A program made the position numbers and the translations under genes. The notes beneath the pieces were generated by a model. The model was not told the DNA's origin. It searched no databases and saw nothing but the letters and a program-made list of their open reading frames with translations. This document shows, in pieces, positions 46,003 to 57,200 of a stretch of 64,000 nucleotides of DNA; positions within the stretch are counted from its first letter, which is position 1; the number at the start of each line of letters is the position of its first letter. Source of the stretch: Candidatus Forterrea multitransposorum CG_2015-17_Forterrea_25_41 (GTDB lineage: Archaea; Iainarchaeota; Iainarchaeia; Iainarchaeales; CSSED10-239); contig CP045477.1 in assembly GCA_009392915.1 (NCBI GenBank), forward strand, positions 448,001 to 512,000, written 5' to 3'.

Positions 46003-46188
46003 TTAATAGTCATCATCATCGTCGAAATCATCATCGTCTTCTTCTTCATAACTTGGTTTCTTTGGTGAAGGTTGTTTTTTAAAATCATTAAGATCTTCTT
46101 CAAAATCTTCATCAAATTCTTCCTCGTCAAAATCCTCATCATCGTAACTTTTTCCCATTGTAATAAATGATTTATTCATAATGACCAT
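46003..46188 (-). CDS. Small extremely acidic protein
   Basis: ORF ending ...EEEDDDDFDDDDDY. GGAGG lies directly upstream of ATG 46188. The ORF-track start at 46197 is a TTG. Confidence 0.45.
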   Translation of the reverse strand: MVIMNKSFITMGKSYDDEDFDEEEFDEDFEEDLNDFKKQPSPKKPSYEEEDDDDFDDDDDY

Positions 46189-46450
46189 TTCCTCCAAATA
46201 ACTATCAATAAAAAATATGATTTATTGATATATATTTAAAAGAACAGACTTAGTTTTTAAACTTAATGCTAGTTGAAAAAGTAGAGTAAAGATTTAAATA
46301 CTTAACCATAGTATATTTAATCAAATATAATAAAATATTAAAAACCCTTATTTTAGAAATAGTTTAAAAAGAGAATACAAGAAATAAAGAAAAAAAGAAC
46401 TCTAAATACTTATTATTAAAGCATTTAAAGTTAATTGTTAAAGACAGATT

Positions 46451-47764
46451 TTATGGATTTAATCTATCTGTGTCCCTTGGAAGGAAAGTAACTTCACGTA
46501 CATTCTTCATATCAAGCATAAGCATTAAAAATCTTGTAGGACTAATAGCAAAACCACCATGAGGAGGACAACCATATCTAAAGAAATTTAAATAATCTTG
46601 TATTAAATCAAGATTAATTTTTTTCTCAATAGCTTGTTCTCTTAAAATATCTGTCCTGTGTTCTCTTTGAGCACCAGTAGTTACTTCTACACCTTTCCAT
46701 ATTAGATCAAAACTTTTTGTAAGCCCACCTTCTTTTTTCATATGGTAAAATGGTCTTGCAGAATATGGATAGTCTTTTATGAAAACAAATTCATGATTAA
46801 AAGTTTCTTTTACATATTCAAAAATTAATTTTTCACCATCAGCATCCAAATCATCTTCTGGTCCCTTATAACCTTTTTTTCTTACAATCTCTTGTGCTTC
46901 TTTCATTGTAAGTCTTGGAAAAGGAAGAGAAGGAACTATAACTTCCTGATTGAAAATATTTTTTATTTCTTCACCATATTCTTCTTTTATTCTTCCTATA
47001 AAATAATTTATCCAGGATTCTTCTAAATGCATTACATCTTCATGAGAATCAATATAAGATATTTCCATATCAATCATTGTAAACTCTGTATCATGTCTAG
47101 ATGTATGAGATGGGTTTGCTCTGAAAACTGGATTGATTTCAAAAATTTTTTCAAAACCAGCAGACATGGCCATCTGTTTATAAAATTGCGGAGATTGTGC
47201 AAGGTATGCTTTTTTTCCAAAATAATCTACAGAGAAAAGTTCTGCACCAGATTCACTTGGAGCACCCATAAACTTAGGAGTATGTATCTGTATAAAATCA
47301 TTCTTTGCCCAAAATTCTCTCATAGCCTTTTCCATGAAAGTACCTATCTTAAATATTAAAAGATTTTTAGGTTTTCTTAAATCAATCCATCTATAATCAA
47401 GTCTTTTTGATAGATCCGCAGAATCTTTTCCTAAAACAACTTGTATTGGAAGATTAACATCTGCAGTTGAAAGAATTTCTATATTGTTTACTAAAAGTTC
47501 AATTTTATTTTCAGTAACCTCTTGACCTTTTACATTTCCTTTTTGAACAATTCCTTTAACTGAAATTACTGATTCTCTTGTAATATTTTTAATTTCTTCA
47601 AAAGAAGGAGAATCACTAGTTACTACAAGTTGCACTATTCCGGAGTAATCTCTTAAAAGTAAAAAAGCTATTTTGCTTTGTGCTCTTATTTCATGTACAA
47701 AACCTTTAAGTAAAACTTCTTGTGAAACCTTATCATTTAACTGATTAATTTTTATTCTTTCCAT
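46451..47764 (-). CDS. aspS: Aspartyl-tRNA synthetase, archaeal/eukaryotic type
   Basis: OB-fold N-terminus and class IIb motifs (FRANPSHTSRHDTEFTMIDMEISY; GGFAISPTRFLM). I prefer the second ATG (MERIKIN). The ORF track starts at 47779. Confidence 0.93.
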   Translation of the reverse strand: MERIKINQLNDKVSQEVLLKGFVHEIRAQSKIAFLLLRDYSGIVQLVVTSDSPSFEEIKNITRESVISVKGIVQKGNVKGQEVTENKIELLVNNIEILSTADVNLPIQVVLGKDSADLSKRLDYRWIDLRKPKNLLIFKIGTFMEKAMREFWAKNDFIQIHTPKFMGAPSESGAELFSVDYFGKKAYLAQSPQFYKQMAMSAGFEKIFEINPVFRANPSHTSRHDTEFTMIDMEISYIDSHEDVMHLEESWINYFIGRIKEEYGEEIKNIFNQEVIVPSLPFPRLTMKEAQEIVRKKGYKGPEDDLDADGEKLIFEYVKETFNHEFVFIKDYPYSARPFYHMKKEGGLTKSFDLIWKGVEVTTGAQREHRTDILREQAIEKKINLDLIQDYLNFFRYGCPPHGGFAISPTRFLMLMLDMKNVREVTFLPRDTDRLNP

Positions 47765-47962
47765 TTTTAAAAACCTCATAAAACTATCTTTTATGTCAAA
47801 TATATATATTATAATTAAAATAATTTATATATGTTACTAATAAGATAAAATGTATAAGAAAATAGAAAAATAGAAGATTAAATTAAAAATTATTTTTTAT
47901 ATTTAGAAAAAAAACATTAATACCATTAAATAACAGTATCTTGCTTTTTTTCCAAATAAAAA

Positions 47963-48235
47963 TTATCTATTCTTAAATAAAACAACAAATTGTATAATTA
48001 CTAAAATTGCAATTACAGCCCACCAAATAATATTTACTAAATCAACATTTTTACAAGTATCTAATGCATTCATTACTGGTAAACTACAATTACTTATTTT
48101 TTCAACAAAAGTAATATAATTACTTCCAAAAAAACCATAATCAACATTAATTATTTTTACATACCTTAATGCAAAAAGTATAGCTGCAATAAACACCCAC
48201 ACAAAACTAAATACCTTTATTTTATTTTTATTCAT
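47963..48235 (-). CDS. Small membrane protein
   Basis: 90 aa with two hydrophobic helices. Confidence 0.45.
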   Translation of the reverse strand: MNKNKIKVFSFVWVFIAAILFALRYVKIINVDYGFFGSNYITFVEKISNCSLPVMNALDTCKNVDLVNIIWWAVIAILVIIQFVVLFKNR

Positions 48236-48304
48236 AATTTATTTTCCCCTTATTATTTTTTATTTTTTAAATTATTTAACAATAATTAATATTTTTAAAA
48301 ATAT

Positions 48305-48589
48305 TTAAACTAATCCAAAAAATTTTAAAATTAACATAATTCCTAAACCAGCAAGACCAAAGATACCTGATATAATTATTGTTAACCAGAAAGGTAGTTT
48401 AATACCTATAATTGTACAAAATATAAAACCTGCAATACCAATTATACTGTTCAATATAAAATTTTTAAAAAATACTAAAAATAAAATTGTTAATACTATT
48501 AAAACAATACCTATAATTAAACTAATAGGATTATTTACTAAATTATTAATACCAACACCAACACTTTGACTAATTATATTTGCATCCAT
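48305..48589 (-). CDS. Small membrane protein
   Basis: 94 aa with three hydrophobic Gly/Ile-rich helices. Confidence 0.45.
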   Translation of the reverse strand: MDANIISQSVGVGINNLVNNPISLIIGIVLIVLTILFLVFFKNFILNSIIGIAGFIFCTIIGIKLPFWLTIIISGIFGLAGLGIMLILKFFGLV

Positions 48590-48770
48590 ATTTATTTTCT
48601 CCTATATTCTTTAAATTTAAAATAAAAAAAGTTGTTATTAAAGTTATAATATTTTAAACAATATACATAAGATGTAATACAAACAGTGTATAAAGTGGCT
48701 TATTTTAAGAAAACAAACAAAAATTAGAAAATAATAAAATATTTAATATAAATTGTAAAATAAATTAAAG

Positions 48771-48845
48771 CAGACCGAGTGGGATTTGAACCCACGATCC
48801 CAAGCTTAGGAGGCTTGTGCGTTATCCTGACTACGCTACCGGCCT
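48771..48845 (-). tRNA. tRNA-Arg (anticodon CCU), no encoded CCA
   Basis: Minus strand AGGCCGGTAGCGTAGTCAGGATAACGCACAAGCCTCCTAAGCTTGGGATCGTGGGTTCAAATCCCACTCGGTCTG. The acceptor stem includes two G-U pairs and the anticodon loop is CTCCTAA. Confidence 0.88.
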
Positions 48846-48988
48846 TTTATTTTAAAGAAAAAAAGAATAAAATATAAAATACTAACCTTTTTAAATCATT
48901 GCAATATTACAAATATATAAGTATACTTAAATTTATATTATATTTGTTTTATATATTATTATAGAAAAATCAATCAAGATAGATATTT

Positions 48989-49552
48989 ATGGCAAAAAAC
49001 ATTCTTATTTTCCTAGGACCACAAGGAAGTGGTAAAAGTACTCAAGCAGAAATTGTTGCAAAAGAAAAAAAATATGTACACATCACAGAATCAGATCTTT
49101 TACATGAATTTGTTAAAAAAAATAACAAAGAATCAAAAATGGTAAAAGAAATGATGAAAAAAGGAGAAATGGTTCCTTTTGAGATAACATGTAAAATTAC
49201 TTTTGAAAAAATAGATAAAATTAAATCAAAAAATATTATTCTAGATGGTTTTCCAAGACTTTTAGATCAAACACATGTTCTTGATTATTATATCTATAAA
49301 GAAAATCATAATCTTTTAGGAATAGTATACATTGATTTACCTAAAAAAGAATGTGTAAAAAGATTACTTTTAAGAAAAAGAGAAGATGATACTTTAAAAG
49401 TAATAAATACAAGATTAAAAATTTATTTTGAAAAAACTAAAAAAGTACTTGACCATTATCAAGAAAAAAAGAAATTAATTAAAATTAATGGAAATCAAGT
49501 TATTGATAAAGTTTCAAAAGAAATATTTAAAAAATTAAAAAACATAGTGTGA
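48989..49552 (+). CDS. adk: Adenylate kinase, short (lid-less) bacterial/eukaryotic type
   Basis: P-loop GPQGSGKSTQA and the ILDGFPR motif. It is not the archaeal AdkA type. Confidence 0.85.
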   Translation: MAKNILIFLGPQGSGKSTQAEIVAKEKKYVHITESDLLHEFVKKNNKESKMVKEMMKKGEMVPFEITCKITFEKIDKIKSKNIILDGFPRLLDQTHVLDYYIYKENHNLLGIVYIDLPKKECVKRLLLRKREDDTLKVINTRLKIYFEKTKKVLDHYQEKKKLIKINGNQVIDKVSKEIFKKLKNIV

Positions 49553-49556
49553 AATT

Positions 49557-51170
49557 ATGTCAGATCAAAGAATTATTGAAAATATCAGAAAATTAAAATC
49601 ATTAGGAATGCCTGATAAAGAAATAATCGAGAATCTTGTAAACATAGGTTTATCCCCTGACGAAAGTGCAAAATTAATAAATGATTCTGGTAAAGAAAAA
49701 GAAGAAAGTGAACTTCAAACAAAAATTAAAGAAATAAAAGATAAACCTAAAAAAGAAAAAACAAAAGAAGTAACTCCAAAAAAGAAAGAAGAAATACCAA
49801 ATGATTTCTTTTCAGATGATCAAGGAGAAATAATTGATTCACCAATTAACAATGATACTGATGATGATATCTTAGAAGACGATACTTCAAAAGAATTAAA
49901 CAAATTAAAAAATATATCTTCAAAAGAAAAAAATGATGAGTTAAGTTTTGATATAGATTTAAAAGAAGATAAAAAAGAAGAACCTGATCTTTATAAGAAA
50001 TACAAAGAAGATGAAAATGAAGATTTATATAAAAAATATGTTACAACAAATGAAAAACCAAACCAAGTAGAAGTTAATAATACTGGAGATGTTTGGCAAA
50101 AAGGATTACTTGCAACCATTAACTCTAAATTAACAGAACTTGAAAATAAACAAAAATCTATTGAAGATGCAATTAAATTAAAAATAGAAAATGAAATGGA
50201 TAATATCCAAAAATATCAAGAAAAAACACAACAAGAAACAAAACAAATAACCAGTAAAATAATTTCATCTGAAACAGATAAATTAAATGCAAAAATTGTA
50301 ACAGAAGTTGCAAAACTAAAAATTGCAGAAGCAAAAATAAATAATAAAATACAAATAATTGAAGAAGATAAAGGAAAAATACAAGAACTTTCAAAAGATT
50401 TTGAATCATTAAAAAAAGATTTAAAAGATAATATTATAGAAACTAAAAAAAGAACAGACTCAATTGTATCTAGAACAGAAGAAAGTCTTTCAAAAATAAT
50501 TACAACAACAACAGTTAAACTTAATGAAAAAATTAAAGAAATCAATAGCACTTTAGCATTACAATCAAAAATAACAGAAGGACTTGTTAAAAATACTCAA
50601 AATACATTATCAACAGAAATTAAAAAATTAATAGAGTTCCAAAAAGATATAAAAACACAAATTGATCCTAAAAAAATATATGATAAAATTAGTGAACTTG
50701 AAGACTTTAAGATTAAACTTGCAAATAGATATGAAGAAAGATTTGAAACTGTTAAAACTGAATTTTTACATAAAGCAAAAATTGCAATAAAATCTGAAAT
50801 TGAAAACGATTTAAAAGAGTTAAACCAAATCAAAGAAGAAGTTGTTTCAAAAACAGATCCAGAAAGAATAGAAAAGAAACTTGTAGAACTTAGAAAACTT
50901 GAAGAAGAACTAGTAGCATCAGTTGATACAAAAATAGAACAATCTTTAAAAATATATCAAGCATCAATAACTAAAGAATTTAAAGATAAAATGGTTGAAA
51001 TTGATAACTATAAAAACAGTTTAGAAAAAAGCAAATTATTAGTTGACGAATTAAAAGATAAAATAAAAGAAATAGATAAATTTAAACAACAGTTTATTGC
51101 TGTAATTGATGAAAATATCGAAAAGATGAATCAAAATATGAAGATTCTTCTAGAACAAAAAAAAGGTTAG
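49557..51170 (+). CDS. Long coiled-coil protein with a small N-terminal helical module
   Basis: 537 aa starting 4 nt after adk. An N-terminal ~45-aa helical module, an acidic/basic linker, then ~350 aa of heptad-like Lys/Glu/Ile sequence. Confidence 0.55.
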   Translation: MSDQRIIENIRKLKSLGMPDKEIIENLVNIGLSPDESAKLINDSGKEKEESELQTKIKEIKDKPKKEKTKEVTPKKKEEIPNDFFSDDQGEIIDSPINNDTDDDILEDDTSKELNKLKNISSKEKNDELSFDIDLKEDKKEEPDLYKKYKEDENEDLYKKYVTTNEKPNQVEVNNTGDVWQKGLLATINSKLTELENKQKSIEDAIKLKIENEMDNIQKYQEKTQQETKQITSKIISSETDKLNAKIVTEVAKLKIAEAKINNKIQIIEEDKGKIQELSKDFESLKKDLKDNIIETKKRTDSIVSRTEESLSKIITTTTVKLNEKIKEINSTLALQSKITEGLVKNTQNTLSTEIKKLIEFQKDIKTQIDPKKIYDKISELEDFKIKLANRYEERFETVKTEFLHKAKIAIKSEIENDLKELNQIKEEVVSKTDPERIEKKLVELRKLEEELVASVDTKIEQSLKIYQASITKEFKDKMVEIDNYKNSLEKSKLLVDELKDKIKEIDKFKQQFIAVIDENIEKMNQNMKILLEQKKG

Positions 51171-51178
51171 AAGTAAAT

Positions 51179-53002
51179 TTAACTTCTAACACTACTTTTA
51201 TGTTTTGTTTTAATAACTCCTGTTGTAAAAAGAATTATTAAAAGTAAAGCTAAAAATATTATACCAAGTAAAATAGATTTAGATAATGTGAAAAAACCTG
51301 TTATAGGGTTTACATCGTCATCATCATATTTTACTAAAGCATCTTTAACTTTTAAAGTTACTGGTTTTGATGTAACAGCTCCAGAATTACTATAGAAAAC
51401 AAAACTGATTTCATATTCTTGAGCAGGTATGTCTCCTGAAATTATTTTTCCAGAAATAACTCTTGATGATTTTTTAGGAATATATGTATATTGATCAATT
51501 TCATAACTTATTTCTTGAGGAAGACCAACAATATCTATTCTTGAAATAGTTATATCTTTATCATCAAAGTTATAAATCTCAAATGAAAAATCTTTAGAAC
51601 CATTTACATCAACTGAAAGTTCTTTTGGGAATGATAAAAATTCAATTTTAAAAATGTCTTTTTGTCTAAAAGAAGTTACATTTAAAACAAATCTTTCAGA
51701 AAAGTTAGATTGATTAGATGCAATAAGTTCAATTTGAGAGCTTTTCTCAACAGTATTTCTACCAGCAGAAACATTAAATACAACAGTCATTGTTGTGTTT
51801 GGAGAAAGTGTTACTCTTTCACTCATATCATTGATTTTAATATCATTTGAAGAAATAAAATCAAAATATATAGTTTCTAAAACATCTCCTTTATTTTCAA
51901 CAACAGCAGTAATATTATAAGATTTACCAATCTCTAAAAGGAAAGAAGATTGTAAAAGTCTTATTTCAAGATTACTTTCTGGTTGTACTAAAAATCTTAA
52001 ATTTCTAGTAGTAGTTGTTCTTTCATCAAAGAAAGATAACTCAACAGGATAATCTCCTGAAGAAATTTCTTGAGTTGCTAAGAAAGTTATAGATACTTCT
52101 TTTAATTCATAAGGAGCAAGTTTAACTTCTCTATTTGAAAAAGAAATTTCTAAAGAATTATCTGATTCTTGAGATATAAAAATATGTTTATTTTTATTAG
52201 AAGTATTTTTAATTGTAAAATCTAAAGTATATTCTTCTCCTTTTGTAAGTAAATGAGTTGTTGATTGAACACCAACTACTGTAAAATCAGGAGTTAAAAC
52301 TTCTTGACAATCTGAAACATAAACATTAAATGTTTTCTTTGAAGTTATTTCATCATTTGAAATTGTTAAAGTAATTAAATGACTACCTGTGCTTGCATTA
52401 AAAGTTTCTATTTGAATAGGAATTTCTACATCGTCTTTTAAATATCTATTATTTCCACCTTTAATATTTGCAATAATAGTATCACTTGATAATGAAAGAT
52501 TATAGAAATCATTCATTGAAACATCTTCAAAAGTTAAAATTACTTCTTGAGCATTATTATTACAATAAGAAGTTCTTGATAAATCAACTTCAAATTTACC
52601 ATCTTCAGAATCATCATCAACATCTATTCTTAAAGAATAATCTCTAATACTGTTTGTTTTCATATCTTTTACAAAGAAAGTAACATCTGAAGATCCATCA
52701 TCTAAAGATTTAATAATAAATGAACTATCAATTGAAGAAAATTGATTAAATGTAAATACTTTTGAAAAATCACATTCAAGTTCATCTTCATCACAGAAAG
52801 TATATACTAATACTTCTTGAGATGTTGAATTATTATTTTCAATTGTAAAATTTATTTTTAAAGTATCATCATCCATCATAGAATAACTATTTTTTTCAAA
52901 ACTAACATTTATTTGGTCTATAGGCTCTGAAAAAACACCAACACTTAAAAGTGCTAAAACCACTAAAATTATTCCAAAAAATAAATAATATTTTTTATTC
53001 AT
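51179..53002 (-). CDS. Large cell-surface protein: signal peptide, several beta-sandwich-like modules, C-terminal TM anchor
   Basis: Signal peptide (YYLFFGIILVVLALLSVGVFS) and repeated ~100-aa modules of similar pattern. C-terminal TM (ILLGIIFLALLLIILFTTGVI) with a basic tail. Confidence 0.6.
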   Translation of the reverse strand: MNKKYYLFFGIILVVLALLSVGVFSEPIDQINVSFEKNSYSMMDDDTLKINFTIENNNSTSQEVLVYTFCDEDELECDFSKVFTFNQFSSIDSSFIIKSLDDGSSDVTFFVKDMKTNSIRDYSLRIDVDDDSEDGKFEVDLSRTSYCNNNAQEVILTFEDVSMNDFYNLSLSSDTIIANIKGGNNRYLKDDVEIPIQIETFNASTGSHLITLTISNDEITSKKTFNVYVSDCQEVLTPDFTVVGVQSTTHLLTKGEEYTLDFTIKNTSNKNKHIFISQESDNSLEISFSNREVKLAPYELKEVSITFLATQEISSGDYPVELSFFDERTTTTRNLRFLVQPESNLEIRLLQSSFLLEIGKSYNITAVVENKGDVLETIYFDFISSNDIKINDMSERVTLSPNTTMTVVFNVSAGRNTVEKSSQIELIASNQSNFSERFVLNVTSFRQKDIFKIEFLSFPKELSVDVNGSKDFSFEIYNFDDKDITISRIDIVGLPQEISYEIDQYTYIPKKSSRVISGKIISGDIPAQEYEISFVFYSNSGAVTSKPVTLKVKDALVKYDDDDVNPITGFFTLSKSILLGIIFLALLLIILFTTGVIKTKHKSSVRS

Positions 53003-53017
53003 ATCTAATCATTTTCC

Positions 53018-53827
53018 TTATTTTTTATTTATATGTCTTATGTATCTAGTTGAGAAAGATAAAACTAAAACAACTAAAAATACAACTAAAAGTATTTTAA
53101 AATATATAGAATCTAAAAAATCTCCTATAAATTTAAGAGAAAAATAACCTGACAAAGGATTATTTTCTAAAATATTAATTTCTTTATTAAATATTAAATT
53201 ATTACAAGTGTAGATAACATTTATTTTATTTTCATACTCTGAATATATAGTACTGTATAAATATTCTGAATTATTTGAAATACTTATTTCTTTTTCTTCA
53301 GTTAAATTAGCACCTATAATATCTGTAATTTTTACTAATTTTATATCATCAGAAGAATTTTTAAATAACATTTTTAAGTTAATAGAACCATCTTCTAAAT
53401 TATCATAAGATAAATCTAAAGATAAATCTTCACAATTTTTATTAAATACTTGATTTATTGTAAAATATTCAACAAATCTATTACCTGCAAAAGAAGTCTC
53501 TATACTTGCAGTATAAGTTTGAGATAAAGAATTATTCAAAGGATATAACTTATAAGTTATTGTTTTATACTCATTTGGAAGTAAAAGTACCTTTTCAACA
53601 GAAAGGTCTGAAGTAAATGGAGAAGTATTTAACTTTATATCAAAGTATACAGCTTCAGATAGAAAATTGTATAAAACAACCTCTTTTTCAATAGCTTCAT
53701 CAGTTAAGTACACGTTATTTTGAAGAGATATAACTGAATTTGAACCTTGAAGAGAGCTTGAGAAAACTAAAGTTATGATTATTGAAGATACTATAAAAAA
53801 CATTAAATTTTTTATATATTTTTTCAT
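53018..53827 (-). CDS. Cell-surface protein with signal peptide and C-terminal TM anchor
   Basis: Same topology as the downstream 607-aa protein, at a 15-nt gap. Confidence 0.55.
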   Translation of the reverse strand: MKKYIKNLMFFIVSSIIITLVFSSSLQGSNSVISLQNNVYLTDEAIEKEVVLYNFLSEAVYFDIKLNTSPFTSDLSVEKVLLLPNEYKTITYKLYPLNNSLSQTYTASIETSFAGNRFVEYFTINQVFNKNCEDLSLDLSYDNLEDGSINLKMLFKNSSDDIKLVKITDIIGANLTEEKEISISNNSEYLYSTIYSEYENKINVIYTCNNLIFNKEINILENNPLSGYFSLKFIGDFLDSIYFKILLVVFLVVLVLSFSTRYIRHINKK

Positions 53828-54212
53828 AATTCTTTAAATCTCCTTATATTTTTTTATTATTAAATTTTTTAAAAGTTTTTGGGGAAAAAGGTTAAAAAGA
53901 AGGTAAGATAGTCTTTGTTAAATGAAGTTAATTTTTTATTAACTTATTAACTGTAAGGATTTGTTATTATATATCTTAAGAAGAAAAAGATTTATAAAGG
54001 AATCTATTTATTATGTATAGTTAAATAATTACTTATATTTAAAAACCTTATTATATCTTTTATGATTAATAATAGATATTAAAAAAGACTATAACTTCTA
54101 GCTTTCCTCTCTGGATCTTAAAGTATATAGCATTCTCCAGAATAAAGATAACTATAATCTGTAAAGATTAATTATCTATATATTTAACATATCATATAAG
54201 AATCTAAAATAT

Positions 54213-57200
54213 TTATTTTAAATTTAAACCAATAACAGAAGTATGTTCCTTTAAAGTTACACCAATAATCTGATCTGCACCAGAAACAAAAGCACCATTG
54301 TGAGATACAGAGATAATAGTTGTATCTTTTGCAAGTTCTTTTACAAAATTAAGTAAAGTTCCTGCATTATAATCATCTAAAGCAGCATCAACTTCATCTA
54401 AAATATAGAAAGGAGCTTTTCTATAAGCATAAAGAGAGAAAATAAAAGCAAGAGCAGTAATTGTCTTTTCTCCACCAGACATTATATCTATATCTTTTGT
54501 TTTACCATTCTTTGTAATATTTATCAAAAGCTTAGAAGTTAAGATATCATCTCCTTCTAAAACAAGTTCACCAGATAAAAGTTTTGACATTTGTTTAATA
54601 ATATTTTTAAATTCTTTATTAATCTTATTAAAACAATCAATAAACACTGTTTTTTTCTTTAAATTTATTTCATTTAACATACTTTCAACTTCTTCTTTTT
54701 CTTTTGAAAGTATACTACATTTTTCTAAAATTTCATCATATTCTTTTGCAAGCTTTCCATAAGAATCAATTGCATTAAAATTAATATTTCCTAAAGCATT
54801 CTTATCTCTTTTAACTTTTCTTAATTCAGAACTAATTTCTTCAAGAGAGATTTCATCCATTAAAACCATATCTTCTTCTTTAAGATCTAAAAGTTTTAAA
54901 TTTTGTTCAATTTGGTTTGCTTTACTTTGGTTTGTTGAAATTAATATCTTTAAGTTATTTAAAGAAAGATTAAGATCTGATATTTGAGAATCATAAAGAT
55001 ATATCTTTTGTGAAATTTCAGTAATTCTTTTAGAAACATCTTGTTTTTCAGAATAAAGTTTATTTTTCTTAATATCTTCTTCTTCAAAATCATTTGAAAT
55101 TTTTATAAGTCTGTTTTCAATATCTTGTTTTCTATCTTCAAGAATTGTAATTTCTTCTTTAAGTTTTGATATTTTATTAGTATTTATTTCAATATAATCT
55201 TTTTTATTTAATATTTTTTCTTGTAAAATCTTTTCATCAGAAGATTTTGAAATAACGCTTTGTTCTAAAAGATTAATTTCTGAGATTAAATCATCATATT
55301 CATTTCTTAGAGAATCATTAATACTTACATTAAATTTTTTTAATTTAATTTCTAAAGATTCCTTTTTTTCTGAAATTTTAGAAATATCATTTTCAAGAGA
55401 AGAGATTTCATTTTCAAGAGAAGAGATGTCTGTTGAAACTCTTAAGATTGTTGTTTGGTTTGTTTTAGTTAAGCTTTCTTCGTTTAATTTTTCAGTTAAA
55501 TCTTGTTTAATTGCTTTTTTTGTGTTTATTGAAATATTTAAAGATTCTTTTTTATCTTTAAAAGAATTTATTTCTTTTAAAAGAGAAGAATTTTCTTCAA
55601 TTAAAGAAGCATATTCTTCTTTTTTATTTTTAAGATCAGATTCTATTTTTAAAATATCAGACTCAAGTTTAGAAGTATCTTTATAGAGAATCTTTCTAAA
55701 AGAAAAACCATCAAAATAATAATCTTTTAAAGAAAGAGAAGGTTTTTTAGAACCTAAGCTATTCTTAAAATAAGAAGCTAATTCTTTTTGTCCAAGATTT
55801 AAGGCACTTAATATTACAAAAGATAAATTATAATCAATATTTGAAAGTATTTTTTTAATTTCACTATCATCTTTTAAAACAACATAAGAAACATAAAAAG
55901 ATTTTTCTGAATCTGAAAGAGAAATTACTTCATCTAAAAAACCAATAAATGTTTTAAAGTCTGAAACTTTTTCTTTAATCTCTTTTCTTTTATCTGTTAT
56001 ATTTGAAGAAGAAGATAAATCTTTCTTTAAAGAAGATAAATCAATCTTTAAATTATTAAGAGTATTTTCTAATGTTTGTTTTTTAATTATATTATTTTCT
56101 AAATTTTTTTCTTTATCTTCAAGTTCTTTAAAAATTAAAGAGATTTCTTTTTCAAGAGAAGATATTTCTTCAGTTAGAGATTTTGATTTTTCTGTAAAAG
56201 ATTGAACTCTTGAAACAATTTCTTTATTTTGTTTTTCTAAATTTTCTTTTTGTAAAGAAAAAGCATTAAGTCTACTTTTTTTCTCAAAGAAAAGATCTTG
56301 TTTTTCATTTAAAGATTTATTTTCAAGAGATAATTTTTCATAAAGCTCTTCTTGCATAGCTTTAATCTCTTCAAATTCTCTTTTATTTTTATCTAAATCT
56401 ATTTTTAAAGCATCTTTAGTTTTTTGTTTTTCAGAAATTTTAGTTTTAATATTTGAAACAATTATTTTAATTTCATCAATTTCTTTTACAAAAGAAGATA
56501 GTTCTTGTGAAGCTTTATTATTTTCAGAAATTAAATAATTTAAATTATTTTTTGAAGAATTTAAAGAATTTGTAACTATTTCTTTAGAAGCATTAATTTC
56601 AGATAATTGTTTTCCAATGGTTGTTTGTACTTTTTCAGAATGAGCAATTAATTCTTGATTTATTTGTTCTAATTTTTCATCAAGTTCTTTTGTTTTTAAA
56701 TTACCATCTTGTTTTTCTATGGTCAAAAGATTAAGTTTTTCTTCTTTTTCTTCTAAATCATTTCCATAATCATTTATTTCTTGAGTATACAAATCAATTT
56801 GTTTTTTATAAAGATTATAATTATATTTATTTTCTAAAGTTTCAAGTTCTTTATACTTAATAGCATTATCTTTTTCTTCTCTTAATTGTTCAACATATGG
56901 CTTTCTTTCATTTAAAGCAATGTTTACTTTATCAAGTCTTTCTTTTACTTTTTTTAAATTAACTTCAGCTTCTTTTTTTCTAGCATCAAAAAGAGAAATT
57001 CCTGAAACATCATCAATGATTGTTCTTCTCTCTTCTGAATTAAGATTTATAATTTTTGTAACATCTCCTTGCTGTACTGTGTTAAAACCATCAGTATCAA
57101 GACCTAATTCGTTTAAATAAGACATTATTTCATGAAGAGCTTGTTTTTTACCATTTAGAGAAAAAATAGATTTACCTTCTTTATCAATCTCTCTTGAAAC

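Noticed and set aside
46203-46228. Palindrome atcaataaa-N8-tttattgat upstream of the acidic micro-protein gene
   Set aside because: Same reasoning as above: an AT-only inverted repeat with no independent support.
50173-50833. Three minus-strand ORFs (50173-50409, 50216-50551, 50597-50833) antisense to the coiled-coil gene
   Set aside because: AAA/GAA-rich sense codons give stop-poor TTT/TTC-rich antisense frames. The translations are Phe/Leu/Ser strings with no start signals.
53828-54212. Unusually long (385-nt) ORF-free interval examined for an RNA gene or repeat array
   Set aside because: It is uniformly AT-rich with only weak short inverted repeats (tctgga...tccaga). There is no GC-rich structured core like those of the tRNAs and SRP RNA. 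It is most simply the promoter/leader of the surface-protein operon plus the smc terminator.
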